A DNA stretch of 64,000 nucleotides from Lama glama. Taxonomy: Eukaryota. The notes beneath the pieces are model-generated. The model did no database searches, had not been told where the DNA came from, and saw nothing but the letters and a program-made list of their open reading frames with translations. The stretch spans positions 106,332,001 to 106,396,000 of the forward strand of contig CM052817.1 of the NCBI GenBank assembly GCA_028534125.1, given 5' to 3'. The translations under genes were made by a program, and so were the position numbers. Below are positions 51,821 through 64,000 of the stretch, piece by piece. The first letter of the stretch is position 1, and the number at the start of each line of letters is the position of its first letter.

Positions 51821-54049
51821 TTTGTCATAAATGTGGATTTCTTTGGTGGTCAATAGGCTTGATATTGGAGAACATAACATTGGGGACAATAATGTTTTTT
51901 CTTAGTACTTAGAGATTAGAGGGAAAAAAATGGGTATAATTTTCATTTTTATTCAATTTGTCAGCTATCTGTTGATCCTGCTTACTTACATATATGCATG
52001 TTGCTACAAATATTAGGGAACATATTAAGCTCAAAAAGTAATAGAAGAAAACCATTGGCAAAGAAACTTTGCACAAAGATTAAAACCTAAAAAAATTGAC
52101 TTTGTAACTTATATAACTGTACAATATAACTCTGAAGGTGTAATTCATTAAACTGTTACATGAAAATATAATTATAAATTTTAAAACTCAAAATGACAGG
52201 ATAAAGGATACATTTTTAACATTAGGTCTACATTTTAGTAAAAAATAGCTATTAGGTTAATAGGTACAGGTTTAAATATACCTCTCCTTTAATCTAAAAA
52301 TAACAGTAATTGTCTATTAAGAAAAAAATAATTACTAGTGATATATGAAAATACCACTTTCCCTTAGTTTTAAGTGTTAATTATCAACTGCATTTTACTT
52401 ATCTCCACATATTACCCTATATACTTTGTCATGCAACATTTTAAAACAACTGTGCTTCTTATGTCTTAATCTTACAAATTCTAAGTCAGTGGGGTCATAT
52501 TCATGAAGTTTTCCTTCATTCTCAGCACGACAGAAAGGACAGGAGAAGTTGTCAAGGGCAGACAGGCTGGCTGTCTGTTTAAGGACTGTTACACTTCATT
52601 CTCTTATAATTAGACAGGTGTCATGTCCATTCTAAGGAGATCTATCAAAATATGCTGCACCTTTTTTTTTTCTTGTCTTCTCAGTTTGACAGAACTGATG
52701 GAAAAGAAAATTGAATAAAGAGACACTTTTTATTTTTTTTTTACTTGAGCTACTGCCAAAATAGAAAAGCAAAAGAGAAATCAAGGTTTTGAGTGGGGGG
52801 GGTTAAGTAACTGCATAATGGGTAATATTTACCTGATAACAAAGCTACATGTTCATGATGGTCCTCCCTGGCAGATAGGAAAGACGAGTCTTGATTCTAG
52901 CCATCATTCATTCATTCATTTATGTTCCTGTAGGTTTATATTCGTTTGACCGTTTCTAAGACCACTCATGTTAACTTAAGTAGATATTGACAAAGAGCAG
53001 TCATTGTGGAGTCAATATGCATATGGTAGAAGTCAATGGTGAAAATATATGCATGATAATTTAATGAGAGGCTTTTGTACTTTTCTTTCATTAGAATTAA
53101 AAAAAAATCCTTATCTCAAGCTTGTGTTCTATAGTATATCATCCACAGTAGAGAAATAGTATATGCTTAGAAAAAGCATTATCTTTCTGAGATGTAGTTG
53201 TGATTATGAGTCTGCTTTTCATAGATTTTTTTAATGAGTAGTTTCACCAAAGTAATCATGTAATAGAGATAATCTAAGTGAACCAAGGAACCAAACATGA
53301 GAACTAAAAGAAGATATGTGTTTTTCTGTGATGGCAGTGATGCACAAAAAAATAGCTTCATTGCATAATTCACTAGCAATAAATCTTCCTGACTTCCAGG
53401 CTTCCGAGGAGCTGTATGCCTCTCCTTCTGTCAGTTTCCCAGCTTGAATAAAGAGAGGAATCTTTGTTTATTCAGTCTTGTCTATATCTATCTTTTCTAC
53501 AATATAATAACACAATTGCTATATCATGAGATGCCTGGTGTGAGATGCCATCGTTTTAATTATTAATGCAATAATCAATTTTTTTCTAAATATTATAAAG
53601 GATCACATGAAGCTTACACACAGCAAGTGTAAAATTTGATGGTAAATCACATTTCAGCACTTCTAGTGCCAAAGAATGATTATTTTAAAAGTTTATTCAA
53701 TTTTTAATGTCTAATATTTATCAAAAAATCTATTCTCTTTCTCATTCTTTCTAAAAAATAAGTGCTAGACCATTTACTATTTTTTTAATATGAAAGTGAA
53801 CAGGAAAGGAAAAAACCCAGAACTTGGTATTCTAATGAGATTAAATGTGTAAGAAAATGCATGCTTTCAATTAGTGTTAACTGAAATTATAAAGGAAATA
53901 AATACAAAAATAAACCAGGTGACAGAATAGTTGGTGACTGGGAAAGCTTTTTTAGTAAGATACTTAGATCATATCTTTAAGGAGGTAAAATCTGAGCTAA
54001 AGATGAATATTGCAGTTAGTCTAGATATGTAGAAATTTATAATGCTTAA

Positions 54050-57000
54050 GATATGGATAATTATTAGAAACATAAAATCTACCAACACTGAATCAAGAAG
54101 AACTAGAGAGCTTGAACAGACCAATATCAAATAAGAAAAATTTAGCTAGTAGTCAAAGCCCTCCAAACAAAGAGACCCCAGGAGCAGATGGCTTCCCAGC
54201 TGAATTCTACCAAATATTCAGACAGAAATTAAAACCAGTCCTTCTTAAACTCTTCCAAAAAATAGAATCAGAAGGAATACCTCCAGGGTCATTGTATGAA
54301 GTCATTAAAATCCTGGTGTCAAAGCCAGACAAAGAACCACAAGAAAAGAAATCCGCAAGCTAATATTTTTAATGAATATAACTGCAAAAATCATCAGTAG
54401 AATACCAGCAAATCAAATTCAACAACAAATCAAAAGCTTATATACTATGGCCAAACGGAAGTTACCCTACGGATGCAAGGTAGGTTTTAACATTTGCAAC
54501 TCAGTGTTACACATATTAACAGAATGAAAGACAAAAGCCACATGATCATTTCAATAGATGCAGGAAAAGCATTTGGCAAAGTTCAGTTTCCATTCATGAT
54601 AGAATTTCTCAATAAAATAAATTTAGAACAACCTACCTCAATAAAATGAAAGACACTAATGAAAAGTCCACAACTAATATCATAATTAATGATAAAAAAG
54701 TGAAAGCTTTTCGTTTCTCCAGTACAAAGCTACTGACTCTTGGCACTTTTATTCAACATAGTTCTAGAAGTACTAGCAAGAACAATCAAACAAGAATAAA
54801 AAATAAAGTCATCCAAATAAGAAAGGAAGAAATAAAATTATCTCTGCTTGCAAACGACATGATCCTACATACAGAAACCCTAAAGACTCCTTTTGGAATT
54901 GTTAGGTTTAATAAACAAATTCAGTAAAGTTGTAGGATACAAAATCTACATACAAAAATTATTTGCATTCTTTATATTATCAACCTAAATAAAGAGTCAG
55001 ACTGAGGCAAGCTCAAATTCCTAAAAGTTGAGTTTATTAGGGAAAAACAGAGGAATTGGCCATTGAGGGTTTGGGACAGGCTGTATTCATGAGCAAGACA
55101 TGAAACAAGTCCAAGCAGTAAGTTCATTGGCTTGTTCACTGGGCAGGAGATGCATCTTGGTCTTCTGTAAGTTAGGCATTTAAGGGAAATCAGTCTGTCA
55201 GCTGTTAAGTTCCGTTCTGAAGGCACATATGTAAGATTCTCCATTTTGTATCTTCTGGTTCCATCTTAGATTGAAATCCTTTCACAAAACCAACAACAAT
55301 CTATTCAAAAAGAAAATCATGAAAACAATCCCATTTCAGAATAAAGTACTTAGGAATAAATTTAAGCAAGGAAGTGAAAGATATGTACACTGAAATATAT
55401 AAAATATTGAAGAAAGAAACTGGAGTAGACCCAAATAGTTGGAGAAATATTCTATGTTCATGGATTGGAAGAATTCATGTTGTTAAACTGTCCATATTAC
55501 CCAGAGTGATAGACAGATTCAATGCAATCCCTATCAAAATTTCAATGACATTTTTCACGTAGAAAAGACAATTCTGAAATTCATATGGAACCACAAAGGA
55601 CCATAAATAACCAAAGTTGTCTTGGGAAAGAAGAGCAAAGCTAGAGGCATCATATGTCCAGATTTCAAATTATATTACAAAGTTACAATATCCCAAACAG
55701 TATGGTATTGACATAAAAATAAACATACAAATCGGTGGAAGAGGATTGGGAGCACAGAAATAAACCCAAACATATGTCAGTTAATTTAGACCAGGAATAA
55801 ACAAGAGGGAAATAATAGCCTTTTCAATAAATGGTATTGGGAAAACTGGACAGCCACAAGCAAAAGAATGAAATTGGATCCTTATCATATTCTATACACA
55901 TAAACAAAATCAACTCAAAATGGATTAAAGACTTAAATGTATGATCTGAAACCTAAAAACTCCTAGAAGAAAACATAAGGAAAATGAAACCTCATCAGGA
56001 TTGACTTTGGTATTCATTTTTTGACTCTGATTCCAAAAGCTCAGGCAACAGAAGAAAAAATAAATGAACTGGAGTGCATCAAAGTGAAAAGCTTCCATAC
56101 AGAGAAGAAACCCATCAAAAAATGAACAGGCAGTTTATAAATTGGGAGAAAATATTTGCAAACCATATATCTGATAAGGGGTTAATATCCAAAATATATA
56201 AGGATCTCCTACAACCTAATAGAAAAAAGAATTTAATTAAGAAATGGGCAAAGGATCTGAATAGCCATTTCTCAAAAGAAGACACACAAATGGCCAACAG
56301 TTTTATCAAAAGTTGCCCAACATCAGCAAATTACAGCCTCGGGGGGAGATCACCTCACACTTGCTAAGAGAGCTATTATCAAAAAGATAAAAACAGCAAG
56401 TGTAGGTGAGAATGAGGAGAAAAAGAAACTCACATACAGTGTTGGTAGGAATCTAAATTGATCTTAGCCATTATGGAAATCAGTATGGAGTTTTCTAAAA
56501 ATTTAAAATGGAACTACCATATGATCTAGCGATATCACTTCTGGATACAGAGCCAAAGGAAATTAAGTCAGTATCTCAAAGAGATATCTGTGCTTCCATG
56601 TTCAGCACGGCATTATTCATCACAGCCAAGATATGGAAACAACTGAAGTTGTGTATTGATGGATGAACGGATGAAGAAGATAAGTGGATGAAGAAGATGT
56701 AATAATAATAATTTCTTATTCTCTAACATATATATGTATATATATCATGGAACTTATTAAAAGAAGGTGATCCTGCCATCTGAGGTAACATGGACAAAAC
56801 TGGAAGGACATTGTGCTAAGGGAAATAAGCCAATTACAGAAAAAACATACTCCATGATCTCGCTTATATGTGGAATCTAAAAAATTCAAATTCACAGAAG
56901 TAAACAACACAATGGTGGTTGTCAGAGTTGGAGGCGGAGGGGCAATGCAGAGATGTTGGGCAAAGGGTACCGAGCTGCAGTTGTCCGTGATGCACCAGTT

Positions 57001-57185
57001 CTAGATATCCAAAGTACAGCATGGTGACTACAGTTAATATAGATTGCATGCTGGAAATTTGCCAAGAGAGTAGATTTCAGGTGCTCACCACACACATAAA
57101 TAAGGTAGCTATGTGAAGAGATGGGTATGTTAGCTTTATGTAATAGTCACTTCACTGTTTATATTTCTGTGTATCTAATTTCAAA
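54050..57185 (+). mobile_element. L1MA-type element: decayed ORF2 (RT to C-terminus) and 3'UTR, interrupted by an LTR
   Basis: NRPI..PGADGFPAEFYQIF..LLKLFQKIESEG; LSLLANDMIL (mutated FADD); [49 protein letters not shown]. Multiple stops and frameshifts. Confidence 0.95.
54978..55286 (-). mobile_element. ERV1-class solo LTR (MER34/39-like) inserted in L1 ORF2
   Basis: The minus strand starts tgtgaaaggatttcaatctaagatgg, contains AATAAA and ends ttaggttgata. L1 sequence resumes in register on both sides. Confidence 0.8.
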
Positions 57186-58479
57186 ATGCACATCTCTGGC
57201 CCTCATAGCTCATCTGTTCTCAGGTCTGACCCTTATCCACCTGTGTTCATGGGCTCAATCTTTGAGAGCTTTTGAGTGGTTACCTCATGCCACGCTCTTG
57301 GTTAAATATCAGGGCGTCATAATATATCCAAAGAGATAAACATTTCAACAAGTCACCTTAATGGAACATAGAGAAAGTGTTGTTATACTTAGGTATACAT
57401 AGACTTATAAATGTGTATGTTCTATTTTAGCTTAGAGTAGCCATCTCCATATCAAATCAAATTTGCAAAATAACAAACTCTTCTTTTCTCCTCATTCTTT
57501 CTACTCACAAACTAGCCAACTGTTTCCTTGTTCCAAATTCTTTATTATGTTGAATATTACCAACCCCTAAGCAAGAACCATAAAAATTCCTTTGACTATT
57601 TAACTTCATTTATCTTATACACAGGCTTACAAATGCCTCTACTGTTATTTCACTTCCAAGGTATATGTAACATTTTGACAGCTGAAGTGCATTATTTTCT
57701 AACATCTACGTTTTCCACACAGAAAAATTACTCTCAGTAATAACCCCAAAACAAAACAAGTAATAACAATGGTCAGAAAAAAACTTAATTTTTTGTTTTA
57801 CTGAACCTGATATATATGTAATTATGTCATTTGAAAATATACAAATTAATTATAAGTAAATATTACAGAAATAAAATAACTCAAATTGTTATATGTAATT
57901 CAAGGTGTTTCCTCATTTTAAAAATCACCATACCCTCTGCTTACTACTTTTTATTGAAGAAATATCTAAAACTATAAAGGCTTTGAAACACAAATTCCAT
58001 CTGAAATGAGCCCTAAGGACTCCAAATTCTCATGAACTGAACTTGAAATGAACTTGAAATGACATAGCAGAGGCCACGTGTAATGGGAGTTCATTCTATA
58101 ACTAGGAGTTCTTTGAATTAACAGTCCCACAAATGCAGTGTTTACTAAAGGAAAAGTAATTAAAATATGCTAAATTAAATCTGCACGTGTATGATTAAAA
58201 CTCATCAATAATGACTGCAACTCTCTGGTACTTAGACCAAAAATTAGATTTTTTTTTTCAAGAAAAAATATTTTATCTTTGACATTAGAAGTAGATAAGC
58301 TTTTATTCAGTTTTGTTACTTTTTTCAAATTCTCTAAAACAATACATCTCTCTCCTGCCTCCGACCAGCCCTGAATACTCCTTGGCCCTCAGTTTCCCTC
58401 TCTTTTATTGACATTTTATCTGTTCAGAAACCAGGTGCTCATACTCTTACATTAAAATTATTAAAATTTTTTTCCAGTA

Positions 58480-58960
58480 TTTTCTGGTGACTTTTGTTTC
58501 TCAAAGACAGCATGAATATTGTGCCAAGATTAATCTTCCTAAAATAGCATCTCCATCATGTCCCTGTGCAGCGTTAAAGGTAAAGTCAGACGCCTCAACT
58601 CCCCATTTTCTTCTATATTAAGTCTAAACAATTTCACTTCTGTATTAAAAATGGACAGAATCTGTTCCCTTTTTTGCCACTAGTCTTTTCTGTATAAATC
58701 CTTATTTTCTCTGCCCTGATTCCTCATTGTTCCTACGTATGCTTATTTCTGCCTACATGCATACCCTAACTTCTCTTAAGACTCAAGACTCAATCCTGAT
58801 AAATCCTTTCCTTTAAAGTGAGCTTAACTCTTTTGTCTGTTAAATTTTCTCCCACTCTATCAATCCATAATAATCTGTCTTTATCTTGAACCACTATGAT
58901 CAACTTACATTTTATTTCTATTGTAAATTTTATCTACTGAAAATGTATGCGTATTATTAG
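58480..58960 (+). mobile_element. L2 fragment
   Basis: attaatcttcctaaaatagcatctccatcatgtc...ttaagtctaaac...cttctcttaagactcaa. Confidence 0.55.
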
Positions 58961-59099
58961 CAGAGAAGGCATGGGGTTTTGCAAAAATAATTCTTAGAAT
59001 TAAATCATTTCTGAGTAAAGTTTAAAGGTTTATAAAGGACTCATACATTAGATACAGCTGTATCTGAAAATGCAAGATTTCCTGCACATCAAGAATACA

Positions 59100-59173
59100 G
59101 TGTGTATATGTGTGTGTATACATATATATACATATATGTGTGTGTATACATATATATACATATATATATATAT
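59100..59173. repeat. Compound (TA)/(TG) microsatellite
   Basis: Repeated tatatgtgtgtgtatacatatatataca units. Confidence 0.9.
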
Positions 59174-59174
59174 G

Positions 59175-59550
59175 GCAGAAAAAGAAAGAAAAATACCATA
59201 TGATATCGCTCATATGTGGAATCCAAAAAAAAAAAAAAGACACACATGAACTTATTTACAAAACAGAAACAGACTCACAGAAATAGAAAACAAACATGGT
59301 TATCACTGAGGATCAGGTGCGCGAAGGGATAAATTGGGGATTTGGGATTTGCATATATTAACTACTGATATAAAATAGATAAACAAGTGTTTTCTGTACA
59401 GCAAAGGAAATTATATTCACTATCTTGTAATAACATATAATGAAAAAGAATCTGAAAAGGAATATATATATGTATAGTATGACTGGGACACTGCTGTTCA
59501 CCAGAAGTTGACCCAACATTGTAAACTGATTATACTTCAATAATAAAAAA
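59175..59550 (+). mobile_element. 5'-truncated young L1 3' end
   Basis: agaaaaataccatatgatatcgct...acaaaacagaaacagactcacaga...cattgtaaactgattatacttcaataataaaaa; homologous to 35480-35860. Confidence 0.92.
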
Positions 59551-61099
59551 TTTCACTTAGAGATTTTTATATCCATTCTGAAGCCCAACTTGAATTAACA
59601 TCTGTGAAATGTGGTACTACTTTTGAGGAATTTCTCACAGCATTTTAATAAAGTAAATGAAATGTGTCTAGTATAAATGCTTTATGTATAGATGAAGTTC
59701 TTGTTCTCAAAGACTTAAGTGATAATCTAAAATGAATTCAATTTTTTACAAGGGTATTTTCTATTAAAGGAATATCTTTCTAACAATGAGATTGATAGTT
59801 CAGTTTTAAAATTATTCCCCCTCAGGTAGATTTTCTAAGTAGATTATAGTTTTATAGATTTTAAAATGTGTTATAGTTGAAATAGATAATTTTTTCATTA
59901 AAGAAATAATGAATTTTTTTCTCAGCAGGGGGAAAAACATCTCTTTGCATCTGTATAAAGTTTGTTGATGAATTCTCTATGGCTTTCAAAGACATTATTT
60001 ACAAACTTATAGGATGGCAGCAATGTAGCTTTAAATTTTTGCTTGATTTCTGTTGCTTTGATGGCTCCTTTTGGTGATAATTTCTTCATAACTTCAACCT
60101 GTGTTCCAACTCTCCTGGCTGCAATTACTTGTGAAATTTAGAGTTACCAGATTGTAAAGTTATGCTATCCACTACCAGCTACCCAAGGGTAATTTCCCCA
60201 TTAATTTCTGGATGTAGGCTAAGTTTTTCTTTCATAGAAATCTTAAAAACAGGAAAAAAGGGAATCATATAACTAAGAAAAAGTCCCTTATAGCTAGAGT
60301 CTTATAACTGAGATTTCTGCTGAAATAATAACAATGAATAACTAGGTTGCCGATCGGCAAAATCTTCAAGTATGGAGTTCTTTTTAAATGTTAACTAAAA
60401 TTATATCATTATTTCTCTTCAGTCAAAATCGCTTTTGAAATTCTGTTACTGACACAAGTAACAAACCCTGAGATGTGTCCAGAATTATAGTCACCCTCTC
60501 CTGAGCACTCATGACCTGAATTTTAAATTTGGTGTGACTTGACTACAAACAATTCTATTGATTTTTCAAAATATCATTCATAGGAAATATGAATGTCTTC
60601 ATACATGTTTATTTCAATATGAGAAGAATACAGTCATTCAAGCTAATTCATCTTCTGAGACAAATATCACTCATTGGAAAAGTATGTGACAATCCCTGAG
60701 TTATTAATTTTTACATTTATAATTAAAGAATTAGTATGTCTTTTTTTTCCCTTTTGCTTACCTTTACTTCAATGATGGATATTTCAAAACAAGTTGAGAA
60801 TGGAAACTTTTCTTCTTTTAATATTGCTCTTTCATTGTGGATTATACTCAGTAAAACATGAAGATTGGACAAATAAGAGGAGAAAGAATAATATATTTTC
60901 ATTTAGTAATGCCCTTCTGTGGTCTAAGACCTTGCAGTAGTTTATCCATAATTTCTTAAAAGGTAGCTCGTTTCTCCCAAACAATGGGACGTAAACAGGT
61001 TTACATTATTATATTTACTTATAGGTTTGTGAACACCATTCAACAATTACTATATGTTGAAAGAAGACAGGTCTTATCCTGAGTCATATGCCTAAGTCA

Positions 61100-61580
61100 T
61101 AAAATAGCATAAAAATCAAGGATGCCCTCCTGTGTGGCAGGGAAGACAGGAACTAATACAGATGTGAAGGTCTAAATATGCAACCTCTCTTGGGCCATGG
61201 AAGGGAGTTGGTTTTCATTCCAAGTTTCAAGGAGAACCATGGCAGGGCTTCAGGTTAGTGAAAAACATGATCTGATTTAATGTTTTTAAAATAGTAGTAT
61301 GGGCGTTGTGTGGCGATTGGATCACTATGGAACAAGAGTGCAGACAATGACACCCAGCAGAAAAGGATCACAGTCAGGCATGTGGACGTGATGCTGGCAG
61401 AGAACAGAACAGTGACTCTGGAAATGGAGAGACCTGTGGAATAAATGTGATGGAAGGTTTGCATTTGGAGCCAGCAAGGATGTCTGATAAATTGGGTGTG
61501 TGGGGAAACATGACAGATCAAAGCTGATAGCTAGATTTTTGGACTGAGCAACTGATGGTGTGAGCAGTTTGTTTTTCGGG
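61100..61580 (-). mobile_element. L2 fragment
   Basis: aagggagttggttttcattccaag...catgatctgatttaatgtttttaaaa...agatttttggactgagcaactg. Confidence 0.75.
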
Positions 61581-61789
61581 TGTTTGAACTCCTTGTTTTT
61601 TGTCTCAAGTGGAAGATCTCTGGGTATATCTCGGGCACTCTTTCTAGACCCAAATACTTCCATGGAGAACCACCATTACTGATTTTCTACCTGGTTAGAA
61701 TAGCTCCATGTTTTCACATTATTAACACTGTCTTGCCTTTAGAGGCAGGACTCTCTCAGAGATGGCCTGGGGCCACCACATCATATTTC

Positions 61790-62594
61790 TTTTAAAAATT
61801 TTTTCTACTTAAGCAAAAATTTATTGAGGTATAGCTGATTTACAATGTTGTGTTAGTTTCTAGTGCACAGCATAGTGATTCAGTTATACATATATGTATA
61901 TATATATCCTTCTTCATATTTTTTTCATTATATGTTACTAGAAGATATTGTTTTCTGTGCTATACAGTAGGACCTTGCTGTTTATCTATTTTATATATAG
62001 TAGTGTGCATTTTCTAATCCCAAATTCCTAATTTATCCCCCCTGCTTCCTCCTTTGATAATAGTAAGTTTGTTTTCTATGTCTAAGAGTCTGTTTCTGTT
62101 TTGTACATAAGTTCACTTATATCATTTTTTTAGATTCCACATATAAGTGATATTGTATGATATTTTTCTTTCTCTGCCTGACTTACTTCATTTAGTATGA
62201 TAGTGTCTAGGTCCATCCATGTTGATGCAAGTGATATTATTCCATTATTTTTATGGCTGAGTAGTATTCCGTTGTAGAAATATACCACATTTTCTTTATC
62301 CAGTCATCTGTTGTTGGACATTTAGGTTGTTTCCATGTCTTGGCTATTGTAAATAGTACTGCTATGAACACTGGGGTGCATGTACATTTTTGAACTAGAG
62401 TTTTCTCCAGATATATGCCCAGGAGTGGGACTGCTGGATCATATGGTAAGTCTATTTTTAATTTTTTAAGGAATCTCCATACTATTTTCCATAATGGCAG
62501 TACCAAACTACATTCCCACCAACAGTGTAGGAGGGTTCCCTTTTCTCTGCACTGTCTCCAGCATTTATTATTTGTAGACTTTTTAATGATGACC
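61790..62594 (-). mobile_element. Young L1, 5'-truncated (ORF2 C-terminus + 3'UTR)
   Basis: ORF 62237..62506 reads [64 protein letters not shown] catcatatttc (61779-61789) / caccatatttc (62598-62608). Confidence 0.95.
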
Positions 62595-64000
62595 CTGCAC
62601 CATATTTCACTCCCTGTACTCTTGTCTGAATCATAGCTACTCTTGCTCCCAGTTGCTGAGATATTGTGGCCCTCCCTGCCCTTCCAGGACTTTTTTGGGA
62701 AAAATCATTCCAGAAATCTTCTCTTTTGCTTTAGTAGAATTACAAAGTCTTTATTTTAAGACTCGTGTAATTAATTATGTTTTATATTTTTCTGCTATTT
62801 CAAATAGCTTTAGACGTGAAGGAGAAATAAACATGCACACTGATATGAAGATCTGGAACTCAAAGTCTACAATACACTTACCATCCCGCTTTCAGTTAGT
62901 CCATTCTAGAAGTCTCGGTTCAGGTAGCGTATGAATTCTTTTTGGCTTTGGTTGTTTTTGCTATTTATGTGTTAGTTTAATTTAATAGCTTCTTCTATTT
63001 TATCTGCAAAAGATTCTGTATCATCTTTAAATAGTCATTTTCAAAGCCATTTATGCTCCCAAATCCAGTAAAGTTCTACAAACAAAGTGCATGCCCAGGC
63101 CCTGCTCAGCTGTTTTGCATCAGAATTGCAGGGATGTAAATCTGATAACGGTGTTTGTATGGATTCCACGAGTGACTAAGATGAACAGCCTGATCTGAGA
63201 GGCATTACCTTGGGGTAATCTGCCCTCCTACTTCTCCGCCAGTTCAGAATGACGCTGTGTAATCAGTGATGTCACCCACGAGACTATGCTGTAAATATCA
63301 GTGTGAGGCAGGAAGTAAGTTGGCTAATGTGTCTGCTGATTTAGATAATTTGGATGCAGCCTTTTCTAACGCCATAAATTAGAAGATAATCATCCGTGTC
63401 TGTGCAGGTGACACTGTTTAATTATGAGGAAGCCTGGGGCGCTTAAACCTTTGACTAATTGTTGTGAGAATAATAGCTTAGCAGAAGCAGAGCTTAAAGA
63501 AAGCTCTGATGTTTGACAAGTATTTTCTAAGTCTTCACTGACTAATATTACACGATCTCACCCAAGAGGTCAAATTACTGTGACTTAAACATCAGTCATT
63601 CCACAGGGACCAAAATAAGGTTTTACCAAGGTCAAATTGTCCAACTGGTAACTTTTCACCTAATATAGTTCATCACCTAGAAAGAATTCCAGGATCACTC
63701 TCGGATTTTCAGAATTGCAGTGTGGATTTATCTGCTATGTATTTATTATCAAAATATACTTTGTATATAAAAACACTATTTACTTTATACCTCGTGACAG
63801 CATTGGCGATGATTTTTTTCTAAATTCTCTGAGTACAAAATCTCAATTTTGCTACCTAAATAAATTAGATGAACAGAAGAAAGTACAATAGAAGCGAACA
63901 ACTGAGTACATTACAGCTCAAGCTACTGTGTGCTAGCTGGGACCATACTCCGGGTCCTTGGTCACTATGAGATGCTGGTCAATTAATGTATGTTTTTCTG

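Noticed and set aside
54050..57185. Active L1 reverse transcriptase
   Set aside because: FADD is mutated to LAND, there are many stops, frameshifts and deletions, and an LTR is inserted.

Overview
This is repeat-dominated, AT-rich mammalian intergenic or deep-intronic DNA. It is most likely from a camelid, because it carries two tRNA-Ala-derived Vic-1-type SINEs plus cetartiodactyl-type L1 3' ends, and I saw no Alu, BovB/Bov-tA or PRE1. No recognisable host protein-coding gene, RNA gene or CRISPR array is supported. The ORFs in the track are L1/ERV remnants, chance ORFs, or artefacts of two 500-N assembly gaps. Main content: (1) old and young LINE-1 pieces, including two L1 5' ends and about ten 5'-truncated young L1 tails, several with target-site duplications (TSDs); (2) a decayed ERV-L provirus (LTR-gag-pro-RNaseH-IN-dUTPase) that lacks its RT core; (3) a decayed ERV1 provirus with an env TM remnant, carrying a nested solo LTR that is itself interrupted by an L1; (4) several solo LTRs, L2, MIR and DNA-transposon MITEs. 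The unique stretches hold a few candidate enhancer motif clusters and cryptic exons. I found no convincing novel biological system. Repeat subfamily names come from recalled consensus sequences and need RepeatMasker/Dfam confirmation; boundaries of old repeats are approximate.
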